DNA of 64,000 nucleotides from Candidatus Velthaea sp. (GTDB lineage Bacteria; Vulcanimicrobiota; Vulcanimicrobiia; Vulcanimicrobiales; Vulcanimicrobiaceae), in NCBI GenBank assembly GCA_965214935.1, contig CBDCCS010000021.1, forward strand, positions 96,001 to 160,000, read 5' to 3'. Below, one piece after another: positions 9,171-20,867 of this stretch (position 1 is the first letter of the stretch; every line of letters begins with the position of its first letter). The notes beneath the pieces are model-generated. The model had not been told where the DNA came from. It saw nothing but the letters and a program-made list of their open reading frames with translations, and did no database searches. The position numbers were made by a program, and so were the translations under genes.

Positions 9171-10568
9171 TCACCTGCGGCGCCACGCATACACGGGGAA
9201 ACTTAGTCCGACGATGACGAGGCCGATTGCCGACGCCACCGGGCTGCTCAGCGCGGTTTGCACGAGTAGCCAGGTACCCACTCCGACGTAAATGACGGGC
9301 ACGAGCGGATAGCCGAAGGTGTGGTAGGGGCGCGGTAATGACGGCTCACGTCGGCGTAACACGAACATCGCGATGCCCGTCAGCACGAAGAACACCCAAA
9401 TATTAAACACGAGATAGTCGCTGAGCGTATCGAACGTGCCGGCAATGACAGTACCGGCGGCCAGCAAGCCGTTGGCGATGACGGCATTGACCGGCACGCG
9501 CCCGTTGAGCGACAGCCGTCCCAAGAAATCGAAACCGAGCCGGTCCTTCGCGATCGCATACGTGACGCGCGCGTTCGTTAATATCGTCACGTGCAGTGTT
9601 GCAGCAACCGACACGAAGAGAAAGACGGCAGCGAAGGTCTGCCACAACGGGCCGAATAACCGCTCGACGACCGTGACGCCGACCGACGCGCCCGGCGCCA
9701 AGCTCGCGATTGCAGCGGGGCTTAACACGTAGACAAAGCTTGCGTTGGCAGCGACGTACAAGGCGATGACGAGCATCACGCTAATGATGAGGGCGAACGG
9801 CAAGTTTCGCCCGGGCTGCTTGACCTCGCCGGCGATGAGCGTTAATGAGTGCCAGCCCTGATAGGCGTAAAGCGCTCCCACGAGCGCGGCGGCGAACCCC
9901 GATGCACCGCCGCGCACGGCGGCATCAACCGCATGACACGCACCACCTGCACCGCTTTGCGTGAAATGCGCGAAGTGTCCGTAGCCCAGACCGAACGCCG
10001 CCAACGGCACGGCAACGAGCATCGCTATCTTCAAGCCGGCCAGCCACGTTGCAATGCCGCCGTTCACGACGGCCGGAGCGCAGTTGATGGCGGTCATAAC
10101 CACGATGAGCGCGATCGCGCCGAGTTGCACGCCCGTTACACCCAGCCGAAATCCGCCGATGCTCGTTGTAAACGAATAGCCGTCGAGCAGCTGCCCGGAA
10201 AACAAATTGAAGAAAATTGCTGCGCCCGCGGCAAGCGCCGCAATCGATGCGGGCGATGCAATGAAGAGCGTCATCCAGCCATACGCAAACGCGATCGCGC
10301 CGCCGTATGCACGGCGCAGAAACGCATAGATGCCGCCCGATTCGGGCAGCGCGGCGCCGAGTTCGCCCAATGTCAACGCACCGCAGAGTGAAAGTACGCC
10401 CGCGACGAACCACGCCGCAAGCATCAATGCCGGCGAACCGACATTGCACGTCATGACGCGCGCTTTGAGAAACACGCCTTGACCGATCATGTTCGAGATT
10501 GCAATCGAACACGCAGCAGCGAAGCCGAGGCTTCGTAGGACGGTCAGCGCTGCGGGCGTCGCTTTCAT
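9171..10568 (-). CDS. APC family amino acid permease
   Basis: Multi-TM; MIGQGVF, ELGAALPESGGIYAFL, YAYQGW, GEVKQPGRNLP. Confidence 0.9.
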   Translation of the reverse strand: MKATPAALTVLRSLGFAAACSIAISNMIGQGVFLKARVMTCNVGSPALMLAAWFVAGVLSLCGALTLGELGAALPESGGIYAFLRRAYGGAIAFAYGWMTLFIASPASIAALAAGAAIFFNLFSGQLLDGYSFTTSIGGFRLGVTGVQLGAIALIVVMTAINCAPAVVNGGIATWLAGLKIAMLVAVPLAAFGLGYGHFAHFTQSGAGGACHAVDAAVRGGASGFAAALVGALYAYQGWHSLTLIAGEVKQPGRNLPFALIISVMLVIALYVAANASFVYVLSPAAIASLAPGASVGVTVVERLFGPLWQTFAAVFLFVSVAATLHVTILTNARVTYAIAKDRLGFDFLGRLSLNGRVPVNAVIANGLLAAGTVIAGTFDTLSDYLVFNIWVFFVLTGIAMFVLRRREPSLPRPYHTFGYPLVPVIYVGVGTWLLVQTALSSPVASAIGLVIVGLSFPVYAWRRR

Positions 10569-10593
10569 GCCGGCGTGCGCCTACGCGGACGAT

Positions 10594-11910
<1,317 letters not shown>

Positions 11911-12369
11911 TTACGTGCTCACGAGCCAAGATGCGTTCTCGCTCGGCCGCGAAAAAAGTTCGTCGGGCGAAAACCAAATTGCGATTTCGCGCGCGGCACT
12001 TTCCGCCGAATCGCTGCCGTGCACTAAATTACGTCCGATCGTTTGGCCGTAATCGCCGCGGATCGTACCCGGTACCGCTTTAATCGGATTGGTCGCGCCG
12101 ATCGTCGCGCGGCAACCTTCAATCGCGTCGCTGCCTTCGATAACCATTGCAACGATCGGAGAACCGGTGATGTACTCGATGAGCCCGGCGAAGAACGGCT
12201 TTCCTTCGTGTTCGGCATAGTGCTGTTTTGCACGCGACTCATCGACTTGCAAAATCTTCAAACCGCTAATCTGATAACCGCGCCGCTCGAAACGCGATAG
12301 GACATCGCCGACATGGCCGCGCACCACTGCGTCGGCCTTACATAATATTAGTGTTTTCTCGGTTGCCAT
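11911..12369 (-). CDS. ndk: Nucleoside diphosphate kinase
   Basis: EKTLILCKADAV, HYAEHEGKPFF, GTIRGD, NLVHGSDS; start set at MATEK. Confidence 0.97.
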   Translation of the reverse strand: MATEKTLILCKADAVVRGHVGDVLSRFERRGYQISGLKILQVDESRAKQHYAEHEGKPFFAGLIEYITGSPIVAMVIEGSDAIEGCRATIGATNPIKAVPGTIRGDYGQTIGRNLVHGSDSAESAAREIAIWFSPDELFSRPSENASWLVST

Positions 12370-12385
12370 AGCGGGGAGGTGATAC

Positions 12386-13207
12386 GTGCCGAAGCCGACC
12401 GCACCTCTCGACGTGCAAGCGCTGCGCGCGCAGCTTGCACACAGCCGCTTTGCGGACATCCGTTATTCGGAACGAACGGCCAGCACGAACAGCGACGCGC
12501 AAGCATTACTGGGCACGCGCGCTGCGTTCGGCACGACGCTCGTCGCCGAGTATCAAACCGCCGGCATGGGCCGCAAGGGGCGACGTTGGTTCGCGCCGCC
12601 CGGGGCCGCGCTGCTCTTCACGACGATCTTACCGCAGCCGGTCGCGACGCAGGCGCTGTGGGCCGTGCCGTTCTGGATTTCGCTGCATGTCGCAAGCGCC
12701 GTCGAACGAAGCTGCGGCGTCTCACTCGACCTCGTGTGGCCCAACGACTTGCATTTCGGCGGTGGAAAAACCGGCGGTATCCTTTCGGTTGCGCGGATAA
12801 CCGGCGACGATGCATGGATCGGCTGCGGCGTCGGGCTCAACGTGTTTCGGCCGCAAGCCGACGCGGAACTCGACGCCCTTAAACCGCAGCCGGTGTTCTT
12901 AGACGAATGTTGCGCTGCGCCGGAGCGTGAGGCGATTCTCGTTGCAACCCTGCACGCTTTCGATGCGTCGCTCGACGACCTCGCACGTCCCGGCGATATT
13001 GCGGTAAGCTGGGAAGAGCGTGCCGGGCTGACCGGCACCGTGTACCGCTATCGACGCGACGAGGACGGCAAAGAACGCGAAGGGATCGCACAACGGCTCG
13101 GCCCGCAAGGCTCGCTGATCGTACGGGACGCGTCGCGCGAAGTCGCTGTCGATATGGCCGACGTGCGGGTTGTCGGACGCGAACGCCAGCTACCAGCGCA
13201 GCAATAG
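12386..13207 (+). CDS. birA: Biotin--protein ligase without N-terminal HTH
   Basis: STN, AEYQTAGMGRKGRRW, WPND, KTGGIL, GVGLNV; GGAGGT SD. Confidence 0.9.
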   Translation: MPKPTAPLDVQALRAQLAHSRFADIRYSERTASTNSDAQALLGTRAAFGTTLVAEYQTAGMGRKGRRWFAPPGAALLFTTILPQPVATQALWAVPFWISLHVASAVERSCGVSLDLVWPNDLHFGGGKTGGILSVARITGDDAWIGCGVGLNVFRPQADAELDALKPQPVFLDECCAAPEREAILVATLHAFDASLDDLARPGDIAVSWEERAGLTGTVYRYRRDEDGKEREGIAQRLGPQGSLIVRDASREVAVDMADVRVVGRERQLPAQQ

Positions 13208-14182
13208 ACCCGCTTCAACGAGTCCGCCGCCGAAACCATAAAGCAGCACGAGATCGCCGCGCTTGATCCGGCCGTCGGCAATGGCGGGAGCAAGCGCGAG
13301 CGGGATTGAGGCCGACGATGTGTTGCCGAACCACTGCATGCTCGTAAGCGTTTTTTCCGGCGCAATGCCGTTTCGTTCGCTCACGGATTCGATCATTCGC
13401 ATGTTTGCACTGTGCGGGATAAACCAATCAACCTGATCGGGTCGCACGTGCGCACTTGCCAGCAGTGCGCCGATGCCGGCCGAAACGTTGGTGAGGACCC
13501 ACTCGTACACCGCTCGCCCATTTTGACGCATGAAGTGTTCGGGCTCGACGATCCCCGCAATCTCTTTCTTCAACGCCGTAAGGAACAGGTGTTTTCCGGC
13601 CGCGCCGTCGCTGTTGAGCCGCCGGGCCAGGATTCCGCTCCCGCTGCCGTCATCGCCGCTTACGAGCGCGGCACCGGCGCCGTCACCAAAAAGTATGCAC
13701 ATCGCCCGATCGCGATAGTCGGTAATCTTGGTAAGTGTTTCGCCGGCGACAACAAGCACGTTGCGCGCGCGGCCGGTCGAAATGAGCGCATCGGCCAAGT
13801 CGAGTGAGTATGCGAAACCCGCACATGCCGCCGAGACATCGATCGCACCGACGTTACGCAGACCGAGCCGGTCTTGCACGATCGCCGCAACGCTGGGAAA
13901 CTGGTAGTCCGGAGAAATCGTGGCCGCGATGACGTAATCGACTTCATCGAGTTTCGAGCCGCTCGCAAGGAGTTGCTCGACGGCACCTAAGCACAAATCG
14001 CTCGTGAATTCATCGGCGCGCGCTTTGCGCCGTTCGCGGATTCCCGTCCGGCGCCGGATCCACGTATCGTCGGTATCGATAAACGCCGATAGATCGTCGT
14101 TCGTAATTCGCTCTTGCGGAACGTACGTCCCCATTGCCGCGATGCGCAAACTCGTGCGCACGGCCGGCGTTTCGATGCTCAC
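13190..14182 (-). CDS. fabH: 3-oxoacyl-ACP synthase III
   Basis: SAACAGF, ILFGDGAGA, IPHSANMR, GNTSSASIP, GFGGGL. Confidence 0.93.
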   Translation of the reverse strand: MSIETPAVRTSLRIAAMGTYVPQERITNDDLSAFIDTDDTWIRRRTGIRERRKARADEFTSDLCLGAVEQLLASGSKLDEVDYVIAATISPDYQFPSVAAIVQDRLGLRNVGAIDVSAACAGFAYSLDLADALISTGRARNVLVVAGETLTKITDYRDRAMCILFGDGAGAALVSGDDGSGSGILARRLNSDGAAGKHLFLTALKKEIAGIVEPEHFMRQNGRAVYEWVLTNVSAGIGALLASAHVRPDQVDWFIPHSANMRMIESVSERNGIAPEKTLTSMQWFGNTSSASIPLALAPAIADGRIKRGDLVLLYGFGGGLVEAGLLLRW

Positions 14183-14191
14183 CGACGGCCC

Positions 14192-14725
14192 TTAGGAGCG
14201 GCCGGCGCGGCTGCGTTTATCGCAGCTATCGCAGAACTGCGAATGTTTGTTATCGGTGTCGAAGATAGAGTTCGAGTAATACATCGCACAGCGCGCATTG
14301 TAGCAGTGCTTGAGCCCTAGCGTGTGGCCGATCTCGTGCACCGACTCTTTGAGTAACCGCTGGAACAGCGCATTTTCATCCGGCGTTTCACCGTAAAACT
14401 CGGCGCGTAAACGGTGGAGTGAAATCACCGCACAACGCTGCGCGCTATTGGCGCTGCCGAAAATGAACTGGTGCGACGTCTTATACAAGTCGTAATCGGT
14501 GATGCCCAACAATATTTCGGCGCGCGGCTCGTAAGCCGCCGCGAGTTTGCCCGCGATCGAGCCGAAGAACAACTGCTTGCGCACGCTGTTGAGCATGCTG
14601 CTTGGCACGCGCAACGGCGCCCGCACGATACACGTGTAGAGAAAGCGCTCTTCTAAACATAGCGCCAAACGCGTGAGCAGACCGGCGTCGATCGAATTGA
14701 TCGGAACGATACTTAGCTCACTCAC
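14192..14725 (-). CDS. Archaemetzincin family (M54) Zn metalloprotease
   Basis: KESVHEIGHTLGLKHCYNARCAMYYSNS...DNK...FCDSC; GTG start at VSELSIVP inferred. Confidence 0.9.
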   Translation of the reverse strand: MSELSIVPINSIDAGLLTRLALCLEERFLYTCIVRAPLRVPSSMLNSVRKQLFFGSIAGKLAAAYEPRAEILLGITDYDLYKTSHQFIFGSANSAQRCAVISLHRLRAEFYGETPDENALFQRLLKESVHEIGHTLGLKHCYNARCAMYYSNSIFDTDNKHSQFCDSCDKRSRAGRS

Positions 14726-14787
14726 GATGCCGAATTCCTCACAGCACGCAGGCGGTCCTTGGCTCGCTGCGCGCGAACCGTATGCCG

Positions 14788-15150
14788 ATGATCGTTGGCT
14801 TAGGAATCGATCTTGCCGAAGTCGCGCGCTATCAATTCGACGAAGTCGAGCGCGCACGTTTTGCGCGTAAAGTCTACACCGTCGAAGAGATGGACTATGC
14901 TATGCGCAAGCGCCACTGGGCCGAACGCTTAGCAGGCTTTTACGCCGCAAAAGAAGCGACGCGTAAAGCTTTCGGGCACGCCATTCCGTGGCGCGCGGTC
15001 GGCGTTTCGCACGAAGCCTCCGGCAAACCGATCATCAAATTGTATGGACGTTACGCCGGACTGCCGGCGTCGCGTTCCATTACCGCAATTCATCTGACGA
15101 TCACCCACACGGCTGCAACGGCCGCGGCCGTCGTGGTGCTCGAAGGCTAA
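14788..15150 (+). CDS. acpS: Holo-ACP synthase
   Basis: MIVGLGIDLAEV, LAGFYAAKEA.RKAFG, GKP, LTITH. Confidence 0.92.
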   Translation: MIVGLGIDLAEVARYQFDEVERARFARKVYTVEEMDYAMRKRHWAERLAGFYAAKEATRKAFGHAIPWRAVGVSHEASGKPIIKLYGRYAGLPASRSITAIHLTITHTAATAAAVVVLEG

Positions 15151-16658
15151 TGCGCGCCGCAACCGCGAGTCAAATGCGCGAGATCGATGCAGCCGCCGTT
15201 GCGCGCGACGGCGAGGTAGCGCTCATGCGACGAGCCGGCGCGGCGATCGCAGCATTGATCGAACGCTTTGCGCGGCCCGGGCCGATCGTCGGCATCGCGG
15301 GTAACGGCAACAACGGCGGCGATGTCTTCGCCGCACTCGCCGTTAGCGATCCGGCGCGCGTACGCATCGTCCATTGCGACGAAACGGTCGGCGGTTCAGC
15401 CGCTCGTATCGATGCTCGCGACCGCGCACGCACCGCCGGTGTCGTCTTTCGGCCATTACGGCTCGACCCGACGACCGTCGAAGGCGCCGGCTTGATCCTC
15501 GACGGCATCTTGGGCGCCAACGCGCGCTTGCCGCTCGATCCGGTCAACGCCGCGCTCGTGGCTGCCATCGCAGCGGCGCACGTGCCGATTCTGGCCATCG
15601 ACGTTCCGACCGGAATCGATCCGTCGACCGGCGCGGTCGGCGAGCCGCACGTCCGGGCCGTCGCCACGATCGCATTGGGCGCACCGAAGCTCGGATGTTT
15701 TCTTGAACCCGGACGCAGAGCGGCCGGCGAACTATGGCTCGACGATCTCGGCATGCACGACGACGACGCGCCCGTTGCGCCCGACGACACGCACGTCTTG
15801 AGCGAGCGCGAATTTCTCGGCTTACTGCCGTTGCGCGCCGAAGAGTCGGACAAGCGCAGCGCCGGCGCGCCGCTCGTCGTTGCCGGATCGACGCAGTTTC
15901 CGGGTGCAGCCGTGCTATGCGCGCGCGGCGCCGCGCGCGCCGGTGCCGGGTATGTCACCGTCGCCGCGCCCGAAGGCGCCGCTGCAACGTTACGCGCGCA
16001 TTTAATCGAGCAAGTCGTCGTGCCGTTCGACGATCGAAATCCGCTGACCGCCGCTGCCGAGATAGAAGATCTGCTGGCGCGCTGCACGTCGCTTGCCATC
16101 GGGCCGGGCATGGGTCTGAGCGATGGAATCGGAACGATCGTCCGGCGCGTGATCGAACGAACGGACGTGCCGATCGTTGCCGATGCGAGCGCGCTTTTTC
16201 ATCTCGGCAAACATCTCGACTTACTGGATGGAAAGCGCATCGTGCTCACGCCGCATAGCGGCGAATTCGCCCGTTTGTCCGGACGCGGTACGGTCGAAAC
16301 GTCCGACCGTTTGCGGCGCCTGCGAGCATTCGTCGCCGAAACCGGTGTCACGACGCTACTCAAAGGTAACGCAACGCTCGTCGCCGATCGCGCCGGCGTG
16401 CACGTCAATCCGACCGGTACGTCGGCGCTTGCGACCGCCGGCACCGGCGACGTTCTCACCGGCATGATCGGCACGCTTCTCGCACAGGGGCTGGCACCAG
16501 TCGATGCCGCCCGCGTCGGCGCGTATTGGCACGGCCGCGCCGGCCGGCTTGCAGCCCGGGCACGCCCGATCGGCGTCATCGCCGGCGATTTGCCCGAACT
16601 GCTGGCGCAGGCAGCGCAGGCGCACCCGCCGGCTCCCGGCCCGCAACGTCTCTTATAA
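15150..16658 (+). CDS. nnr: Bifunctional NAD(P)H-hydrate epimerase/dehydratase (YjeF)
   Basis: GNGNNGGD, AIDVPTG, GPGMG, LTPHSGEFARL, LATAGTGDVLTG; TAATG overlap with acpS. Confidence 0.93.
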   Translation: MRAATASQMREIDAAAVARDGEVALMRRAGAAIAALIERFARPGPIVGIAGNGNNGGDVFAALAVSDPARVRIVHCDETVGGSAARIDARDRARTAGVVFRPLRLDPTTVEGAGLILDGILGANARLPLDPVNAALVAAIAAAHVPILAIDVPTGIDPSTGAVGEPHVRAVATIALGAPKLGCFLEPGRRAAGELWLDDLGMHDDDAPVAPDDTHVLSEREFLGLLPLRAEESDKRSAGAPLVVAGSTQFPGAAVLCARGAARAGAGYVTVAAPEGAAATLRAHLIEQVVVPFDDRNPLTAAAEIEDLLARCTSLAIGPGMGLSDGIGTIVRRVIERTDVPIVADASALFHLGKHLDLLDGKRIVLTPHSGEFARLSGRGTVETSDRLRRLRAFVAETGVTTLLKGNATLVADRAGVHVNPTGTSALATAGTGDVLTGMIGTLLAQGLAPVDAARVGAYWHGRAGRLAARARPIGVIAGDLPELLAQAAQAHPPAPGPQRLL

Positions 16659-16676
16659 CAGAGCGCCGCGGTTGTT

Positions 16677-18329
16677 CTAAGCCGGGACCGCTAACCGTCG
16701 TAGGCGTAAGCGGTGCCGCTCGAAATCGCTCTTGCGATTGACCGCTTCGGCAACGCGTTTGCGCGTCGAACGGATGCGCAGAAAGTCAAAGCGTGCTTGC
16801 GCGCCGTTCGAACCGCCGGCCGTCAGCGCAATCCGCACGCCGCGGTCCCACGGCGGCAGATGTGCCCCGTCGACTTTCCGTGCACCGTCTTCCCAGCGCT
16901 TACCGTCGAAGCTGAACGCGAAGCGGTAGTTGTGGCCCGCAGCAACGGTCATGCGCAAATGAACGGTCGTCGCACCCGCAATATCGTTGCTTGCCATGAG
17001 AGTAATTCTACCGCGTTTGCGGCGCCAGATGACAACGGCATTGTTGCGCACGCCGATGCCCAGCGCGTTGCGCCGGTCGCCGTATGCCGTGAGCGATGCG
17101 ACGGTATCGCGCGCCAAGTTGCGCACGTCGACCGCCGTCGTTGCAACGTAGTTACCGTGCGTGACGGGCCGCGCAAGTACCGCATCGAGCGGATCGCATG
17201 CCGTGCCGAGCGCGCGCGCCGTCAGCATCAGATGGCCGCCGCGACGCACGTCGATTGCGGTTTGTGGCGGAGCACCTTGCGGCCATTGCCAGCCGTCGGC
17301 CAACCCGACCGCGGTGAAGTCGTCAAAGAATGTTTGCGCGATACGCACTTGCGCTTGCGCGAAGGGCGTCGTAGCAACGTCGCTGGGCCCGCGCCCAGCG
17401 TTGATCGACGGCCAGCCGTCGCTGGTCCAATCGACGCGGTCGAGCAGCATCTGCCGCCCGACGTAGACCGAATCGGCAGCCAACGCGTACGCATGATAGA
17501 GAAAGTACATGCGACCGAGTGCGTCGACCGAGACGCTGCCGTGTCCCGGACAGCGAAAACTGTCGTTGCCCGCAAGAATCGGATTGCTCGGACACTTCTC
17601 CCACGGCCCGAGCAGATGACGCGAACGCGCCGCACCGACGGCATACGCGCAGTCGGCGCCGCAGCACGCGTTGCCCGAATAGAGCATATAGAACCAGCCG
17701 TCGCGCCGGAAAATAACCGGCGCTTCAACGACATCACCTTCCCATTGCGCATCGTTGCGGATGAGTTCGTGTTTGTCGCCGAATACGGCAAGTCCGTCGG
17801 GCCGCAGCCGCTGCGCCCAGATCGGTGTCGGACGTCCGGCGCTGTTGCCGTCTTCTTTCCAAATCAGCCAGCGTTGTCCGTGTTCGTCGACCGTCGCCAT
17901 CGGATCGATCGAACCGTCACCTTGGCCGACGAGCGCGCCGTGATCGGTATACGGTCCGGCCGGATGTGCCGCGGAGGCGACGGCAACGCATAACGGACCG
18001 TTGCGCCGGCGCGCGACGTAATACACGTAAAAGCGGCCGTTGTACTCGCAAAATTCAGGTGCCCAGAAATTGCCGACCGCCCATGCCGGACGAGTGGCAA
18101 ACACCGAACCGACCAGCGTCCACGAGACGAGGTCGCGCGAGTGAAAGATCGGAAACTCCGGTGCCCAATCGGTCGATGTCGTCGTCGCGTAAAAGTCGCG
18201 CTCACCGACACGAACGATCGATGGATCGGGAAAATCACCCGGTTGTACGGGATTTTGATATGTCGTCGTCCGGTTGACCGGAACGAGCCGGGAAATAGCC
18301 GCATAAAGCGGTGTCATAATCTGCGCCAC
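16677..18329 (-). CDS. Glycoside hydrolase family 43 with C-terminal beta-sandwich
   Basis: NPV.PGDFPDPS, WAPE, SIDP, VVEAP, CPGHGS. Confidence 0.9.
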   Translation of the reverse strand: MAQIMTPLYAAISRLVPVNRTTTYQNPVQPGDFPDPSIVRVGERDFYATTTSTDWAPEFPIFHSRDLVSWTLVGSVFATRPAWAVGNFWAPEFCEYNGRFYVYYVARRRNGPLCVAVASAAHPAGPYTDHGALVGQGDGSIDPMATVDEHGQRWLIWKEDGNSAGRPTPIWAQRLRPDGLAVFGDKHELIRNDAQWEGDVVEAPVIFRRDGWFYMLYSGNACCGADCAYAVGAARSRHLLGPWEKCPSNPILAGNDSFRCPGHGSVSVDALGRMYFLYHAYALAADSVYVGRQMLLDRVDWTSDGWPSINAGRGPSDVATTPFAQAQVRIAQTFFDDFTAVGLADGWQWPQGAPPQTAIDVRRGGHLMLTARALGTACDPLDAVLARPVTHGNYVATTAVDVRNLARDTVASLTAYGDRRNALGIGVRNNAVVIWRRKRGRITLMASNDIAGATTVHLRMTVAAGHNYRFAFSFDGKRWEDGARKVDGAHLPPWDRGVRIALTAGGSNGAQARFDFLRIRSTRKRVAEAVNRKSDFERHRLRLRRLAVPA

Positions 18330-18359
18330 TGTCGGTACGAATGGTCGGCACGCCGTTGT

Positions 18360-18400
18360 AAAAGATTAACGGCGCGCCGATACTTTTCGACGCGCCATTA
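18360..18400 (-). terminator. Intrinsic terminator-like hairpin between GH1 and GH43 genes
   Basis: Minus strand TAATGGCGCGTCGA-AAAGTA-TCGGCGCGCCGTTA (14-bp stem with G:U) followed by ATCTTTT. Confidence 0.55.
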
Positions 18401-18430
18401 TGAAATTTTAACGTACCATTCAACGACCGT

Positions 18431-19681
18431 TTAAGCCACCGACATATCGCGCCGCCGCTCCCACCAGCCCGGCTCCGACGGTATGACCGGCATAACGCCT
18501 TGCGCAAGTGCGCGAACGACATCGGCGACCATCGTCCACTGCGGCTCGGCACCGTCACGCGCGCAGGTGAAGATACCGTCCTCGACTACGTCGCGACGTT
18601 CGCACAACAGCGACGTCCAATCAACCAAGCCGAATGCAGCCCACGGACCGAAGCCGCAAATCTCGACGCCTTCGGCACGCAGCGCCTGCACATCGCCGAA
18701 ACGCTGCAGCATCCAGCGTGCGCGTTCGCGTTCGTTCCCGATGATGTGCACTTCGGATAACGCCATCGGTATGCGCAGCCGATTCCATGCCGCGCGCAAC
18801 AGAGCACGCGGATCGATTGCCTTCGGATCGACGTCGATCAACGCGTTGTTACGGCTACGCGCATGACCGTCGCTGGCGACGACACGTTCGGAGTTCGGAT
18901 AGTAGTTGAAGCCGGCGATATCGGGCGGGCATGGATCGTCACTGAGCCGTTCGAGCAGAGCGCGTGCAACGTTGCATTCATCGCGCAGATAGCGGTACAG
19001 CGGGTGGCCCGGTACGAGCCGGCCCATCAATAGTTCGTACGAGAGAAACGAGCGATCGTACTTATGCCGGACGTATGCCTCGACGCCCGAATCGGCTGCG
19101 ACGAAACCTTGCAGATCTTCGGTCAGCAAGAATTGCGCGCCGGGCGCGACGGCGCGGATCTCGCGCATTGCAGCCGCGCTGCCGAGCGCTTCATAAACGA
19201 TGGCATGTCCGAAAGCGGTATGATCGAAATTGCCGTTCGGAAACCAGACACCATAGAGCGTTGAAAAGCGCGCGGTCGTCAGCGGCTCGTTGATCGGCGT
19301 CCAGCGCTCGACCCAGGGAAAACGCCGTACGGCTTGGCGTGCATACTGCGCGAACAGCTCCGGGAACGCCGGATCGACTAAGCTCGTATAGCGCGGGCCG
19401 CTGCCGTGATGCAGCAGCGTGACGATCGGTTCAACAGCACGTAAGCGTAACCGTTCGAGCCGCCGCTGCGCCCAAGTGAAATCGCATTCCCGCGGGTCGA
19501 ACGGCGAGCACTTCTCCCACAAGACGGGGTAACGGCTCGCCGCAATGCCGAGCGCGGCGAGACGGTCGATATCGTCCTCGCGCCGCTCGTGGCCGGTCTC
19601 GGCGAGCTGATCGCGTACGGCATGGGCGTTTATTCGCGCGACCGTCGGTTCCGGCGACGCCCAGATTTGGGGAAAGTCCAT
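18431..19681 (-). CDS. Family 1 glycosyl hydrolase-like protein of the glf-associated type
   Basis: RYPVLWE, TLLHHGSGP, WTPINEPLTTARFS, GFNYY, LSEVH. Confidence 0.8.
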   Translation of the reverse strand: MDFPQIWASPEPTVARINAHAVRDQLAETGHERREDDIDRLAALGIAASRYPVLWEKCSPFDPRECDFTWAQRRLERLRLRAVEPIVTLLHHGSGPRYTSLVDPAFPELFAQYARQAVRRFPWVERWTPINEPLTTARFSTLYGVWFPNGNFDHTAFGHAIVYEALGSAAAMREIRAVAPGAQFLLTEDLQGFVAADSGVEAYVRHKYDRSFLSYELLMGRLVPGHPLYRYLRDECNVARALLERLSDDPCPPDIAGFNYYPNSERVVASDGHARSRNNALIDVDPKAIDPRALLRAAWNRLRIPMALSEVHIIGNERERARWMLQRFGDVQALRAEGVEICGFGPWAAFGLVDWTSLLCERRDVVEDGIFTCARDGAEPQWTMVADVVRALAQGVMPVIPSEPGWWERRRDMSVA

Positions 19682-19687
19682 CTCGTT

Positions 19688-20797
19688 TTACGACGCAATC
19701 CGCGCCGAATTCGCGAGTTCCTTAAACGCGACGAGTGCCGATGCTACTACTTGATCCATGTTGTAGTAGCGGTATTCCGCCAGCCGGCCGACAAACGTGA
19801 CGTTCGCTTCGCGTTCGGCCAACTGTTGGTAACGCTCGTACAGCGCGCGATTATCCGGCCGCGGAATCGGATAATACGGATCGCCGTCCGCCCGCGGATA
19901 CTCGCGCGAAATCACCGACTTTGCATGCCGCTGACCCGTCAAGTGTTTGTATTCCGTCGTGCGTGTGAACGGCACGGCTTCGGTCGGTTCGTTGATGCAG
20001 CCGACCGACTGAACCCACTCGCGATCGACGGTCTCAAACTCGAACTGCAGCGAACGATACGGCAACCGTCCGAAGCGATATTCGAAGTATTCGTCGATCG
20101 GTCCGGTGTAAACGACATGCTTGAATTTGGCCCGGTCGGCGATCGTATGGAAGTCGCAGCCGGTTACGATCTCGATGCGGGGATCGGACGTCATGCGCGC
20201 GATCATCGCCGTAAATCCCTCAGCCGGCATTGCTTGAAACTTGTCGTTAAAGTACCGATCGTCATCATTGTTGCGGGTCGGGATGCGGCCGCACACGGTC
20301 GCATCGAGTTGCGCGGGATCGAGGCCCCAATGCTTGCGCGTATAACCGCGAAAAAACAACTCGTAAAGTTCGCGACCGACGCGCGACACGATCATATCTT
20401 CGGAATTCTCGACCCGGGCGATGGGCTGAGCCCGCTGAGCGAGAAATGCATCGACGCCCGCCTCATCGAGGCCGAGCCCGTACAGTGTATTGATGGTCGT
20501 GCGGTTGATCGGGATCGGGACGAGCTTGTCGCCGATTCTTGCCTTCACGCGGTGCTCGTAAGGCAGCCACCGCGTAAAGCGGCTCAAGTACTGCACCACC
20601 GCAGCGGCATTCGTATGAAAAATATGCGGCCCGTATTGATGGTAACGTAAGCCGTCGGCGTTGAGCGGGTCGTGGCAGTTGCCGGCGATGTGGGGCCGCT
20701 TATCGATCAGGAGAACCGTGGCGTCCATCTGCGTGGCCAAGCGCTCCGCGATCGTGCTTCCAGCAAGTCCGGCGCCGACAACGAGGTAATCGTACAC
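19688..20797 (-). CDS. glf: UDP-galactopyranose mutase
   Basis: VVGAGLAG, HQYGPHIFHTN, YTRKHWG, YTGPIDEYF, GRLAEYRYYNMDQV; GGAGG SD. Confidence 0.96.
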   Translation of the reverse strand: MYDYLVVGAGLAGSTIAERLATQMDATVLLIDKRPHIAGNCHDPLNADGLRYHQYGPHIFHTNAAAVVQYLSRFTRWLPYEHRVKARIGDKLVPIPINRTTINTLYGLGLDEAGVDAFLAQRAQPIARVENSEDMIVSRVGRELYELFFRGYTRKHWGLDPAQLDATVCGRIPTRNNDDDRYFNDKFQAMPAEGFTAMIARMTSDPRIEIVTGCDFHTIADRAKFKHVVYTGPIDEYFEYRFGRLPYRSLQFEFETVDREWVQSVGCINEPTEAVPFTRTTEYKHLTGQRHAKSVISREYPRADGDPYYPIPRPDNRALYERYQQLAEREANVTFVGRLAEYRYYNMDQVVASALVAFKELANSARIAS

Positions 20798-20867
20798 AGG
20801 TTCCCCTCCAGTCTCTCTTTACGTGCTAGGTGATTGCTCAGGCTATACCCCGGGAAAAAGAAACTCT

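Noticed and set aside
14988..15149. Longer nnr N-terminus from the ORF track
   Set aside because: Overlaps acpS; ATG 15150 with TAATG coupling fits the family start.
20820..20867. SigB/SigF-like GGGTAT upstream of glf, also near 47624
   Set aside because: No GTTT -35 element at a suitable spacing.
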